Below, piece after piece: positions 30,736 to 42,897 of a stretch of DNA of 64,000 nt (positions are counted from its first letter, which is position 1; every line of letters starts with the position of its first letter). The notes below the pieces were generated by a model. That model did no database searches. It was not told the DNA's origin and saw only the letters and a program-made list of their open reading frames with translations. The stretch is from the NCBI GenBank assembly GCA_030616775.1, contig JAUWWQ010000006.1, positions 1-64,000 of the forward strand, written 5' to 3'. Origin of the DNA: Planctomycetota bacterium (GTDB lineage Bacteria > Planctomycetota > Phycisphaerae > UBA1845). The translations under genes and the position numbers were made by a program.

Positions 30736-32517
30736 CTACTGCTTTTTACCACACGCGGGGCAAAACTGTCCGCCCGGTTCCAGTGCTGTGTCACAGTGGT
30801 TGCAGGACTTGCCCGCCTGACTCGACTGCGGGTTGACCACTATGGGAGCGCCGACACCGGCCGGGGTCATTATGGTCTGCCTCGACTCAACCGGTCTTGC
30901 CCGTGCGGACGCGACTCCGCCCATCTGCTCCAGGGCCGTCTGCATTACACGTTCCATGCGATCGGCATGCTCCCGGGAAATCCCGCGCTGCTCGGCCATT
31001 TGGCTCTCGACTTGGGCACGCATCTTCTCGGAGAGCTGACCTTCCGCTTCATATCTCTTGGCCAGGGCGCGAGCCGCCTCGGGAGACGTTTCGGCGGTGA
31101 GCGCAAGAATCTGCTCCGGCGTCATGTTTTCTTGCCGACGGAGCTTCTCCAACTGCACGATGTGCTGCGCAGCAGGACCGTCTACAATCGAGATCAGCGC
31201 TTCGGCGGTCGCCTTGCTCCGCTGCTCGAGCGCCTGCGCCTCGAGCTCGACCTTGCGCCGGTCCTCCTCGTGCTCGATATCCTTCGTTTGCCTGAGTAGA
31301 TCGAGCCCGTTTCTCGCTTGACGCATCTCTTCGTCTTGAGTTGTCTTTTGGCGTTCGAGTGCGCGCCGATGACGCTCCTCACGTTCGCGCTCCTCGGCAA
31401 TCAGCTGCTTCCACGCCTCGTCGCGCACGTGGTCATTCTGGATACCTTCAACCTCGATCCGCCGCAGGACGCCCTCGCGGTCCCGCTCGAAATGGAAGCG
31501 TTCTTTGAGGCGCTGCATCTCGTCACCGCGAATGACTTCCTTCAGGCCTATTTCGTGCTCCGTCTGACGGATAAACTCCTCGAGGTCTTTCTCGTTCTTG
31601 AATGCGTCCATCTTGTCCTGAGTGAGTGTTGCCCGCAGACGCTGATTGAGTGCTGCCCGCTGAGTAGTCAGATCGGCTTTCCTCTCGCCGACTTGCAGAT
31701 CGCCTTGCTGCTGGCGGAGCGCTTCGTACTTTTCTCCCGAGAAATCGATGAAGCGCAGCTGGGCCAGACCGATCCCGACTCGTGCGAACGTCTTGCCCAG
31801 GTGCTCTCGAAGCTGCGTCTCGATCTCATTGCGAGCCTCGGCGGCTGGGAATAGCCGGTCGCCGCTGTACTTCGAGACGATGGCTTCGAGCAACATCTGG
31901 ACCTCGTCGGCAAACATGCATTCGAGATCATCCAGTGACACGCGTCCGCGCCCTTTGATCAGATTCACGAACATCGCGTCTGGATCCTGCACGCGAACGA
32001 CCAGGCGCGATGACGCACCGACGTCGAAGCGATCAGCCGTCCAGAGCCCGCCGTTTTCCAGGTCGAGCGTCACGTCGCCCGCATCCAGCAATACGATGCT
32101 GGCCGGCTGATCAGCGAGAAAACCGGTCAGTTGTCGCATGAAGCCCCCGAGATCATATCGCCCGTCTTCCACCTCTCCGACGAACCGACCCGCCTGAAAG
32201 ACGAGCGCCTTGGTTCCATGTTCGACGACAAGCGGCTTCAAGAGCCAACCCTTGATGTCATCAACGTCGACACGGATGGCGAAGTCCCCGGGTTGCCGCG
32301 CCCAGCGATCGTGATCGAACCTCGGCTTGGCGGCCACAGCGAGTTCCGCACCACAGTTCCAGCAGAACTTGGAGTTCGCGCGCACGTCCTTCCCACAGCT
32401 CCCACAGACAATCGTGCCCTTGGACGCACCCGTCCCGCACTTCGGACAGAACTTGGCACCCTTGCGGACACGGTGACCGCAATCCGGGTTTATGCATTTG
32501 ACGGTGAACATACCCAT
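30736..32517 (-). CDS. Double zinc-ribbon / SPFH-like (COG4260-type) / coiled-coil protein with a C-terminal zinc ribbon
   Basis: 593 aa. N-terminal 'CINPDCGHRVRKGAKFCPKCG...CGSCGKDVRANSKFCWNCG'. Central SPFH-like beta-rich domain. About 250 aa of charged coiled coil. C-terminal 'CNHCDTALEPGGQFCPACG'. Confidence 0.6.
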   Translation of the reverse strand: MGMFTVKCINPDCGHRVRKGAKFCPKCGTGASKGTIVCGSCGKDVRANSKFCWNCGAELAVAAKPRFDHDRWARQPGDFAIRVDVDDIKGWLLKPLVVEHGTKALVFQAGRFVGEVEDGRYDLGGFMRQLTGFLADQPASIVLLDAGDVTLDLENGGLWTADRFDVGASSRLVVRVQDPDAMFVNLIKGRGRVSLDDLECMFADEVQMLLEAIVSKYSGDRLFPAAEARNEIETQLREHLGKTFARVGIGLAQLRFIDFSGEKYEALRQQQGDLQVGERKADLTTQRAALNQRLRATLTQDKMDAFKNEKDLEEFIRQTEHEIGLKEVIRGDEMQRLKERFHFERDREGVLRRIEVEGIQNDHVRDEAWKQLIAEEREREERHRRALERQKTTQDEEMRQARNGLDLLRQTKDIEHEEDRRKVELEAQALEQRSKATAEALISIVDGPAAQHIVQLEKLRRQENMTPEQILALTAETSPEAARALAKRYEAEGQLSEKMRAQVESQMAEQRGISREHADRMERVMQTALEQMGGVASARARPVESRQTIMTPAGVGAPIVVNPQSSQAGKSCNHCDTALEPGGQFCPACGKKQ

Positions 32518-32529
32518 GGCATCCTCTCC

Positions 32530-33201
32530 TTAGTCAGCCCGAACTGACGGAAGCGGCCGATACGCTTTCCTGAGTCTTCGCACAACCAGTGCCAGGATCA
32601 TCAACATGAGGAGTACCGCAAGAAGCAGCAGTGGATATCGCCAGAAATGGACGGCCGCATCGCTCCAGTGCATGTATGCGAAACCCTCGACGGGACCACT
32701 GCTCCAGACGATCTGCCCCGTTTCAACTTCCGCCAGATGCACGGACATCTTGACACGCCCCAGAATACTCCAGAGATTCACGCCACGATCCCAGATTCGC
32801 CCGTAGAGAATGGCATCAACGCCCTCAATTCTCCCGAATTTCTGGACTGTCTCCGGATTCATAGTGTCTTCGCGATGGACGCCCCACTCAATCTCCCTGA
32901 GTAACTCATTCCACGTAGCTTCGCTCCGGGTGAACAGTGCGAGCTTCGTTCGCGTCACGGTGCTCTGGAGTACGTCCGTAGCGTAACCGTCCACGTCACC
33001 TCGTAGCGGAATCACCGCGACGTGCTTGATCGAGTCGGACGAAACGCTGCCCAGGTTTTCGCCAATCGCCTCGATCACCTGGTCCGTCGCGCGCCGAAGC
33101 GTCTCTTCTTCGCTCGCATCTGCGCCGCGGGCGACGGTGGCCAGTGCAACGACCGTAGCGATGCATGCCAACCGTCGCCTAGTTGAGTGTTTCCATTTCA
33201 T
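32530..33201 (-). CDS. Secreted CsgG/LpoB-fold protein with a C-terminal TM anchor
   Basis: Signal peptide, 'VAVIPLRGDVDGYATDVLQSTVTRT...VDAILYGRIWDRGVN...VKMSVHLAEVETGQIVWS' (CsgG/LpoB/FlgO-like pattern), C-terminal TM 'LLLLAVLLMLMILALVV'. An AAGGGA Shine-Dalgarno precedes the ATG at 33201. Confidence 0.5.
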   Translation of the reverse strand: MKWKHSTRRRLACIATVVALATVARGADASEEETLRRATDQVIEAIGENLGSVSSDSIKHVAVIPLRGDVDGYATDVLQSTVTRTKLALFTRSEATWNELLREIEWGVHREDTMNPETVQKFGRIEGVDAILYGRIWDRGVNLWSILGRVKMSVHLAEVETGQIVWSSGPVEGFAYMHWSDAAVHFWRYPLLLLAVLLMLMILALVVRRLRKAYRPLPSVRAD

Positions 33202-33248
33202 CGCGGTTCCCTTCATTGAGCCAGAGGCCGCTCGGCCGTTGGACTGCC

Positions 33249-34253
33249 CTAATCGATCACATCCTGGTCGGCCCTGATTACTTGGCCGTGCTGCTCGACG
33301 CGTTCAACCCGTATCCTGCCTATCCGGAGCTCGTCGACGTAGGCCATCAGGTACTCTCGCACATCGAACCGGCTCAGCACTTCAAACACCGCTGTCTCCG
33401 TCTGGTCATCCCAGTTCTCAAGCGAGACGTAGTATATGCCCGCCTGACGCTGGAGGCCGACGCGGACGTCGTCGACGCGCGATGCGTGGTCGAGGTCCGT
33501 AATCACCAATCGGGTCCGCACCAGACTCGTCACCTCCCACTTCCGGGCCACCTCGTCGGTCAGATATGTGGCCACATCGGCCGCCGCCAGCGCCAGGGCG
33601 TCACGAGCTGCCTCGCGCTCGTCCAGCGCCCGCCGCCCTTTCCGGCGGATCGTCTTCGAGGCGATCTCCTGGTGCGTGGTCAGGTTCAGAACCTTACCCT
33701 TGACCTCACCGCGGTAAATATGGAAGCTGCCGAAACGGTCCGCTTCCTTGGCCGAGCCCTTCAAAAGGAACGCAAGATTGCACTCGTTCGCTTTGCGGAA
33801 CTGATCCAACTGCTCCCCGGACGGTGTGTAAGGCAGGTCTCCAGCAGCCGCTAGCACGTTGAAGCCAAGCTCCTCGAGCCTCGTGCTGAGGCGATCCTTC
33901 ACAACGTCCGAGCCTTGATCTCCGCTCGGCAGCACCATGTGCTCATCGCTGTTCACCACTGCACGCTGTAGGTCCAAGAGTGCGGTCCGAATGACATCGT
34001 GCTTCTCCTCGACGCTCAGTCGTGGTCGCAACGGCACGTTCGCAGGCTTGACGACGCGAGGGTCCGTGTTCGCGTGCTCAATCCCGCGAGGCGGCGGGGC
34101 AGGCTCGACCTCTGGTCCCGGTTTGACCGGTCCGGTGCGGGGCAAGGGATGATCAGCCCGCTCGTATCGCCGATCGGGGGATCGGCAGCCCACGAGACAC
34201 ACCGCCCAGCCCAGCGAGATCGCAATCGACAGGACACATGTCTTGTTGTTCAT
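33249..34253 (-). CDS. Lipoprotein (lipobox LVGC), second CsgG/LpoB-like-fold protein
   Basis: 'MNNKTCVLSIAISLGWAVCLVGC' signal/lipobox, Pro-rich linker, 'NLAFLLKGSAKEADRFGSFHIYRGEVKGKVLNLTTHQEIAS'. A GAAGGAG Shine-Dalgarno precedes the ATG at 34253. Confidence 0.5.
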   Translation of the reverse strand: MNNKTCVLSIAISLGWAVCLVGCRSPDRRYERADHPLPRTGPVKPGPEVEPAPPPRGIEHANTDPRVVKPANVPLRPRLSVEEKHDVIRTALLDLQRAVVNSDEHMVLPSGDQGSDVVKDRLSTRLEELGFNVLAAAGDLPYTPSGEQLDQFRKANECNLAFLLKGSAKEADRFGSFHIYRGEVKGKVLNLTTHQEIASKTIRRKGRRALDEREAARDALALAAADVATYLTDEVARKWEVTSLVRTRLVITDLDHASRVDDVRVGLQRQAGIYYVSLENWDDQTETAVFEVLSRFDVREYLMAYVDELRIGRIRVERVEQHGQVIRADQDVID

Positions 34254-34350
34254 CTTCTGCGCTCCTTCGTTCTCTCTACCCATCTACAGTGGGGCGGGGT
34301 ACCTTGGCGCGGCGAGCGGTCCGGCGTTCACGGCAAGACGAATCGCAACA

Positions 34351-35946
34351 TCACCACCCTGGAGTCCCTGGGCCGGTCTCGTCATCACCGGCCAGCTGCA
34401 CTAGCCCACACTGCTTGAAGTCCTCAATGGCCCCTTCGAGTTCGCCACACCGGCAGAGCAGCCCGCGCAACATCGGGAACGCACTGCCGGACCCGACCGG
34501 AATGCCGTTCACGGCGAGGCGGTCCTGCTCGACCAGACTCTCCACCCAGAGGTGTCCGCCGAGTCGCAGGATCCGCAGGTGCGAGCGTTCCAACCCCCCG
34601 TAGGGCAACCGCACCTCGCTGTCCGGGCCGGAGCCGCAGGTCGCCCAGCGGAATACTACCACGTAACTTTCTTCACGCGATAGGTTATCGACGCGCTCAA
34701 CAAGAACGGAGCGCACACCCAGGTGTTCGGCAGTCTCCCACAGCTCATCGGATGGACCCAGTCGTTGGCATCCTCCGGCGTTGATGGCCTTGTGGCCACA
34801 GACATCGTGAAAGGGTGTTACTCTCAGCTGCAGCGCCCCAGCAACATCCACGTCCGATGGTCCGGCCAACGGCAGCTTCAACTCACCCCTCACAGTACGT
34901 CCGCCCGCGCGCGTGCCGTTAGCTGTCCCGAAGTCGATGAGGTACAGCCCGTCTCGACGCAGCGCAATGGCCAAGTGCGTCCGATTGATCTGCCGAGTCT
35001 TCTGGTCGTTCTCTTCGGACCGCGGGAACCGCCGCAGGACGATGTCGTTCTGCTGGCGTTGGCGGCCCATGCGGACGGTGGGTACCCCGAGCAACAACAC
35101 CCTGCATTCGCCGGCCGTGTCGCTGTGGAACACGAGCGACGCCTTCGTCATTCGCGGTCCGCGATCGGCGAGCTCCGCGATTACGCTGAGGCGCTGCTCT
35201 GGAAGTACGTCTCCCGGTGTCAACGGCACGCGGCGCCAGGCCTCCGGATACACCTGCTTGAGCAAGTCATTCGCGCTGTTGATCAGGCCCTTCGCAAAAC
35301 CCTCGCGCAACTCGTTGCGGTTGCTGAGTCCATAGCCAATATTGCCGCCCGCATGCTGGCTGAAGTCGAAGACGACGCTCGTCGGGTCTTCGTTTTTCGC
35401 GAGCACTTTGAGCAACGGCTGCGCCGTCCACACCTGTTTCTCGCTCCCCACGACAAGACACAGCGTGATATCGACAACGAGTTCACCCGCCAGGTCAGGG
35501 ACAAACTGCACGAGCGTTCGAGCGATGCCGTCGGAGGAAAGTGTGAGGCGGCGATCCTTGATGTGCCCCAGGTACGGTCCGGCGACGGAAAGCTCGACGG
35601 TGCCGTTCACGGTTCCCCTCAGGCTCGATAGCCGGAATTCCAGCGCGCAAGCGTACTCCTCCATGTAGAAATGATTATCGTTGATCTCCAACATGACCGG
35701 CTGGGCCGTCAGACTATGTGCCTCGGACGGCGTGTCACCACCGCTGAGTCCACGCTCGACGTGCGACGCCGGCACCGCGCTCCTACTCTTCGGTACGTCG
35801 GTTCGGTCGCCGGCTTGAGCTTGAGAGGAGCCCAGTGCCTCGCCACACTCGGTGCAGAAGCGGGCGTGGTCGCTTTCCGCTGGCGTTCCACAACCCGAAC
35901 ACGTCAACACGGCAAGTCTCCTCGTCGACTCAAGAACCGCGTCCAC
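34351..35946 (-). CDS. FHA-domain protein with an N-terminal zinc ribbon (two FHA-like modules)
   Basis: 'CSGCGTPAESDHARFCTECG' ribbon. FHA-like 'RTHLAIALRRDGLYLIDFGTANGTRAGGRTV' and 'SHLRILRLGGHLWVESLVEQDRLAVNGIPV'. The N-terminal extent is uncertain. Confidence 0.55.
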   Translation of the reverse strand: MDAVLESTRRLAVLTCSGCGTPAESDHARFCTECGEALGSSQAQAGDRTDVPKSRSAVPASHVERGLSGGDTPSEAHSLTAQPVMLEINDNHFYMEEYACALEFRLSSLRGTVNGTVELSVAGPYLGHIKDRRLTLSSDGIARTLVQFVPDLAGELVVDITLCLVVGSEKQVWTAQPLLKVLAKNEDPTSVVFDFSQHAGGNIGYGLSNRNELREGFAKGLINSANDLLKQVYPEAWRRVPLTPGDVLPEQRLSVIAELADRGPRMTKASLVFHSDTAGECRVLLLGVPTVRMGRQRQQNDIVLRRFPRSEENDQKTRQINRTHLAIALRRDGLYLIDFGTANGTRAGGRTVRGELKLPLAGPSDVDVAGALQLRVTPFHDVCGHKAINAGGCQRLGPSDELWETAEHLGVRSVLVERVDNLSREESYVVVFRWATCGSGPDSEVRLPYGGLERSHLRILRLGGHLWVESLVEQDRLAVNGIPVGSGSAFPMLRGLLCRCGELEGAIEDFKQCGLVQLAGDDETGPGTPGW

Positions 35947-36557
35947 CTCTTCCGACTACGGTGACCAAGGCAGCCGCCGAACGCGTCGGCCTGTCCCACA
36001 GCTTCGGTCCCGTCCCCACAGTAGCGTAGCCTTGTCAGACGCCGATCTTTCCAACACCATTTTGCACTGTTTAGGCGGCGCCTTTCAACGACATGTGCGA
36101 ACACGGGACGCCTGAAATAGGCTCCCCGGTGCCAACTGGCAGGGAGTCCCGAGATCACCCACCGCGACGGCGTCGGCGCCCACGTGGATCGTGCTCACAC
36201 TCATCCGACATTGTATGGGCTTGCGCCTGGTGCGCGAAGCAGCTCGGCTCAGGACCGCTCGGCGCCGTCTTCTACAGCTTCACTTTAAGCTCGTGGGGAG
36301 AGCTTGTAGTAGCAATTGACCATCACGGGCGCGCTCCGACGAAGTGGAGGTCCAGCCCCCAAGCGGCTTGCCATGCGGTCACTCCAAGAGAAGCCAGTCC
36401 CGAAGTCCCGACCGCGTTCGGGGATGTAACTTGCCACCGATTAAGTTACGGCCCGGAGCGTGAACAGGCCTCGGCCCGTCACCTTGCGGGAACGTGTCGG
36501 GGGTGGCATGATTCGATCGGCCCCTCAACGGCGTCATGCGGTCGAGGATCAGTGAAT

Positions 36558-38516
<1,959 letters not shown>

Positions 38517-38579
38517 CACGGTCGTGCGCAGCACATCGGTCACTTGGCATATCCGCCAAGCTAAACCGCGTCATCTTGG

Positions 38580-41546
38580 CTAGCCACCATGTTCTAACGT
38601 ACGTCGCGAGGCTTCATACAACGCTGCGAAGAACTCGCGCCCGTCTTCTGTGTCGAGGACACGGGATGGCAGGAACGCGACCCTCCCGCCACGATGGCGA
38701 CACTTCCAGAAGACGCATACATACCATCTTTTCCCGAAATCATCTTCTATCATGAATATCGGTTCGCTTGGTGGATGCTTGCGTGTCAGAGTTCTGTCGT
38801 CCTCCGAAATGAGTACCTTATACTCGTTATCGAACCCAATCTGATCGACTAGTGCGTAAAAGGGAGACTCGCTTATACGGGTTGCCACACCGCTCTTCCA
38901 TCGACCTGGCGGACTGCGCGGCTCAGGAGGCTGGTTCTCATCGCCAAACCACAAAATCAGATCTGAACTCAGCCACACAACTGCTTCGCCCCTTTCAACA
39001 AGGTCGACAAGCTGGTAGAACTCCCGCTTAAACTGCTCATCTCCGTCGTTACGGCCCAAGAGGACCCAAGGAATGGTCCTCTTATCACCATTCAGCCAAG
39101 CTGTGAGCTTCTCAGGTTGCTCGATCAGGCTGATCTCGTCGACCCAGCCTAGTCCGACAGGCGGAGGCATGATTTCAGGCGGCGGATTGTCGAAGGGTTC
39201 GAGGCACGTGACAACCGCCTTATCCTCGCGCGCACGGATGAAGGCGTTATCCGCCAACGTTCGTGTTTTCGCGTACAACTCTCCACAGCGAGCCAACCGG
39301 GCCAGGTCAGCGTACCGTCCCTCTTTGTCGATTTGCGGCTGCTGTGTCCAAACCTCCTCAAAGCGGTCACCTGCTTCATGGAAGTTGCCGGCTTTCAAGT
39401 GGGTCATGGCCAGCCAGTACTTAGCCTCTATGGTGCGCGGGGACATCCCGTGAGCCTTCAGGTATGTATCCATGTCCTGGCGCAACAAGCTCGGTGCATA
39501 ATTCGGATCGTGCTGTTTTAGGATGATCTTGTCGAAGTCTACATCCTCTTCGTCCAGGTCGGGCTGCACGAACGACTCCGCCCATTCGTAGACGTTCAGC
39601 AGGCCCGGTACGTAATCCCATGTCGGCCTCACATGCCCTTCGCGGTCGACCAAACGGACCTGCTTTACGCGAAACTCGTTCCGAACAGCTACAGGCAACA
39701 CCCTGGCCCCGCGATCCTTGAGGTCCTCATTGAACCGATCACGGTTAGGTGTGGTGGGAACCACAATCAGAACGACGGCGTCTCGATACTGGCCTTGTTG
39801 ATCGAGCTGTTCGGCCAGTCCGATACTGGCATCGCGCACGCCCCTGTCAATGTCTTGAGAAAGAGCGGGCAACTCACCTGGCAAGCTCCGAACAGCGTTA
39901 CGGAGCTGCTTGTGAGTCGATGCCGCCTCGGCCACCTTGCCCTCCCGTAGTTGCTCATCCATCTGGGGTATTCGGTCCCGGGTCTCGGGATCAACCTTGC
40001 CATTGATCAACGCGATACGCGTGCTGGGGAAGCGTCGCTCATCCCCCAAACACTCCTGAATGCGCGGGTCTTCCCGATCGATTTCGCCCAGTCTCGCCAT
40101 TTCGTTCAACGCCTCCGCGTATGCGCGGCAGGCCTCAACTGCATCCTCGGCGGTGCGCAAAGGCTCGGAACACTTGCGAATGTGCTCTCGCGGATTTGTT
40201 GTCCCCGGCCGCCATTTTGGATCAAGATCATCAAGCGCCTCTTTTGCCCGGTTTGTGCCCTTCTCGCATTCATCCTTGAGAGAAAGGATACGCGCATCGT
40301 CCGGGTGCAGCACACCATCCACGAGCAATGTCTCGCCCAATATGGTCCGCGCACCATCCATGAGGCCGAGCGTCCACCTCCCGGTCTGTGTGTCGGGTCG
40401 CCAGCAAACCGGCCTCCAAGCTGGCTCAAAACGGATCTTCCCGGCAATCGACGTGCGCGGGCGACGCACGACTCCTTTGAAATCGACCCTCTTCATCGGT
40501 CCCGGATCGGCTTGGCGGCCCAGGCTTAAAGTGAGGACGTGCGCCGGAGGTGGGAGTCGTCCCCATAATCCGGGCAGAGAACCTGGGATAGCCGTTACGG
40601 CAAAGCACTCCGGCGGCACCACCGCGAAGGTTGGCCCGGACGGGTTGGTGATCGTGAAAGTCGCCTCGGTCACCGGGTTCCCGATCGATGGCGGACCGGT
40701 GATCTCCCACGCCAACGTAGGATTCGGCCGTGAGGGACGAAGCCAGTTGTTCATGTGCAAAAACCCGAATGTCCCGACTGCAAGACTTGGCGCGATGACC
40801 ACCACCGCTCCACCTGCGGACCGGCACGTGTTGAAGGCAGCGCCTGCCAACACAAGCGCGATGGCCGCGGCCATGATCCAAGGCATCAGGCTGGGCGTCG
40901 CCATCATCGGCGGCGGTGGAGGGCACGCCGAAACGTACCACCCCAGCTGCAAGCGCACGCACTCCGTCAGAAGCCATCGCACAACCACGAACCAGGTGAT
41001 CGCAGCGGCCAGCGCTACCCCGAGCAGAGCAACTCCACGCCATCGTTGCCATGGTAAGAACATGCTCAACAGGGCGAGAGGCAGACACACCAGGGGAAAT
41101 ATCGCGATCCGTTGGGTCGTCAGGGTCTGAAAGAGTGCGCCGATCTTCGCGGGCTGACCGAACTCGGGGGCTCTGAGCTCCAGCCACGGCAAGAACGCGC
41201 CAAAGGCAAACCCGATCGACGCGAGAATGACCAGCATGAGACCGATGATGAAGGTCATGCTCGTGTGTTCGCCGCGAGACGGCAGAGTCCTGAGCTCAAG
41301 CGGTCGGTCGTTCTCGGAGCCGGATGAGGCGGCGGGCTCGGCTGCCATCCTCGCGCTCCGGACGATCGTAGCGAAGGGTTCTACCTCCACCAGGGGCCGC
41401 CAGTCGACCATGCCTTGGCGCCAGCAAAGCGCGTCGGGTGCCAAGCCACCGCCCTCTAAGGCCTCAATGATCCGTGACGCGGTGAACGGTCCCGTGGGAC
41501 GAGCGCGGGCATCGGATATGAACCACCCACCTTCAGTGTCGGGCAT
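38580..41546 (-). CDS. Large polytopic membrane protein with an N-terminal GYF-like/DUF4339 domain and a ~600-aa soluble C-terminal region
   Basis: 988 aa. N-terminus 'WFISDARARPTGPFTASRIIEALEGGGLAPDALCWRQGMVDWRPL' (DUF4339/GYF-like), about six TM helices, then a large uncharacterised domain. It may be a fusion; there is no internal stop. Confidence 0.55.
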   Translation of the reverse strand: MPDTEGGWFISDARARPTGPFTASRIIEALEGGGLAPDALCWRQGMVDWRPLVEVEPFATIVRSARMAAEPAASSGSENDRPLELRTLPSRGEHTSMTFIIGLMLVILASIGFAFGAFLPWLELRAPEFGQPAKIGALFQTLTTQRIAIFPLVCLPLALLSMFLPWQRWRGVALLGVALAAAITWFVVVRWLLTECVRLQLGWYVSACPPPPPMMATPSLMPWIMAAAIALVLAGAAFNTCRSAGGAVVVIAPSLAVGTFGFLHMNNWLRPSRPNPTLAWEITGPPSIGNPVTEATFTITNPSGPTFAVVPPECFAVTAIPGSLPGLWGRLPPPAHVLTLSLGRQADPGPMKRVDFKGVVRRPRTSIAGKIRFEPAWRPVCWRPDTQTGRWTLGLMDGARTILGETLLVDGVLHPDDARILSLKDECEKGTNRAKEALDDLDPKWRPGTTNPREHIRKCSEPLRTAEDAVEACRAYAEALNEMARLGEIDREDPRIQECLGDERRFPSTRIALINGKVDPETRDRIPQMDEQLREGKVAEAASTHKQLRNAVRSLPGELPALSQDIDRGVRDASIGLAEQLDQQGQYRDAVVLIVVPTTPNRDRFNEDLKDRGARVLPVAVRNEFRVKQVRLVDREGHVRPTWDYVPGLLNVYEWAESFVQPDLDEEDVDFDKIILKQHDPNYAPSLLRQDMDTYLKAHGMSPRTIEAKYWLAMTHLKAGNFHEAGDRFEEVWTQQPQIDKEGRYADLARLARCGELYAKTRTLADNAFIRAREDKAVVTCLEPFDNPPPEIMPPPVGLGWVDEISLIEQPEKLTAWLNGDKRTIPWVLLGRNDGDEQFKREFYQLVDLVERGEAVVWLSSDLILWFGDENQPPEPRSPPGRWKSGVATRISESPFYALVDQIGFDNEYKVLISEDDRTLTRKHPPSEPIFMIEDDFGKRWYVCVFWKCRHRGGRVAFLPSRVLDTEDGREFFAALYEASRRTLEHGG

Positions 41547-42897
41547 CTCTGCTATTCCCCATCATCACCCAGCTCGAGCACTCGCTCCCGTCGCTGGAGG
41601 TGGCGGACGACCTAGAAGAAAGGGACTGAGGGGCGACCGGGCGGGGCCCGGCAACCGCGTCTTGGCACCGCAACGCGCCTGCCCCTAGCGCGCGGTGCGT
41701 TGCGGAGGAACAGCGTCCTCGCTCCAACGCGTCCCACCGAACCACACCGCGCCGGGGACAATCCCCGGCCGATGCAGGATCGTGGTGCAAGACTCGGCGC
41801 ACACCTTTGACCTCCGGCCGGGCGTACCGGGTCGCCGGTAGTGTGTAGCGATAAGTCGTGCAGAGTGCGCCGCTGCAAGCGATCTTCAGGCATCGCGCGG
41901 CGATAACCGTCGGGTCAGGCTTGTCCACGCCGCCGCGGACATACGAGAGTAAGAGCGTTTTCGTCATCCCGTGATCCAACAGGGAACGTAGGACCCTTTG
42001 CAAAGCCTCGCCTGCAGCGATGTCGACTTGCACGGTCGAAACCAGCCTGATCGAGTTCGGTGACGGTTTGGGTACGTTCGTCTATATCCTGGATCGCCTC
42101 GAATCTTACAGGGCCGTCTGTCCCGGTCAAGAATCAGCGTGTAGCCGTCCTTGCGTTTGTCGTTCACGTGCTGCTGCCATGACGCCGAGCCGCTGCTGGG
42201 AGGCTCGGGTGCAGGCCCGAGCTTCGGGTAAGCGACGGCATCTACAGCATCATGCGACCCGGGCGTCCGCCTCGCTCGTGCCGTCGACCCTATCATTCGG
42301 GAGCATTCAGATAAGGGGTACCGACGGCCCGGTCCCGGGCTGCCTGGCTCGCCGCGATCCCATGACTCTATGGAGGCCCTCGCACGGCGTCCCGTAGGTA
42401 GCTCCGCGCAGCCCAGCGGTCACCAAGCCTCACGACAGTCCCCAAGACCTGGAAACCGCGGTATCTCGAGAGGGGGTGTACGCAAGTTGGCCACCACCCA
42501 CAGGCATAGGGAACTGCGACGATCACGCCACTGACCACGATTTTGTAAGAGGTCGCACGCACGCGGCTATCACACTGTAGAGCAGTCAAGGCGTCGCGGA
42601 TCAGCAAATAAGGCACTTGGCAGCGACGAACACCGGAGCTTCCCGGACGTGTTGTTGCCGTAGCGTTTGCCCTGCGGCCGGGGAGCACGGACGCGATAGG
42701 GACACTTGGAGGCACTGGAATGCCGAGCAGAATGGAACACAACGCCGTGGCGAGTATCGCGGGGGCATCTGCCATCGTACTCGATGGCGCCACGGAAAGC
42801 CCGTAGACCCTCATATGCTATGGTAGAGCTCGATGGGGCAACGCCGTATGTCGCCCGTCCAAGTATCGGGATGCTAGTTTACATGAGAGGAGGCAAA

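Noticed and set aside
33183-33854. 223-aa ORF on the + strand
   Set aside because: Antisense to the 344-aa lipoprotein gene.
34723-35631. 302-aa ORF on the + strand
   Set aside because: Antisense to the FHA-domain gene.
36093-36557. 155-codon in-frame N-terminal extension of the kinase-FGE ORF
   Set aside because: It is Arg/Pro/Gly-rich low-complexity translation typical of GC-rich non-coding DNA. The kinase catalytic domain begins right after the ATG at 36558.
40060-41130. 356-aa ORF on the + strand
   Set aside because: Antisense to the 988-aa GYF/DUF4339 membrane protein gene. Ser/Arg-rich composition.
41533-42033. 166-aa minus-strand ORF ('QVDIAAGEALQRVLRSLLDHGMTKTLLLSYVRGG...')
   Set aside because: No recognisable family. 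Cys/Arg/Ala-rich composition in a GC-rich gap. It is kept only as a possibility, mentioned in the findings.
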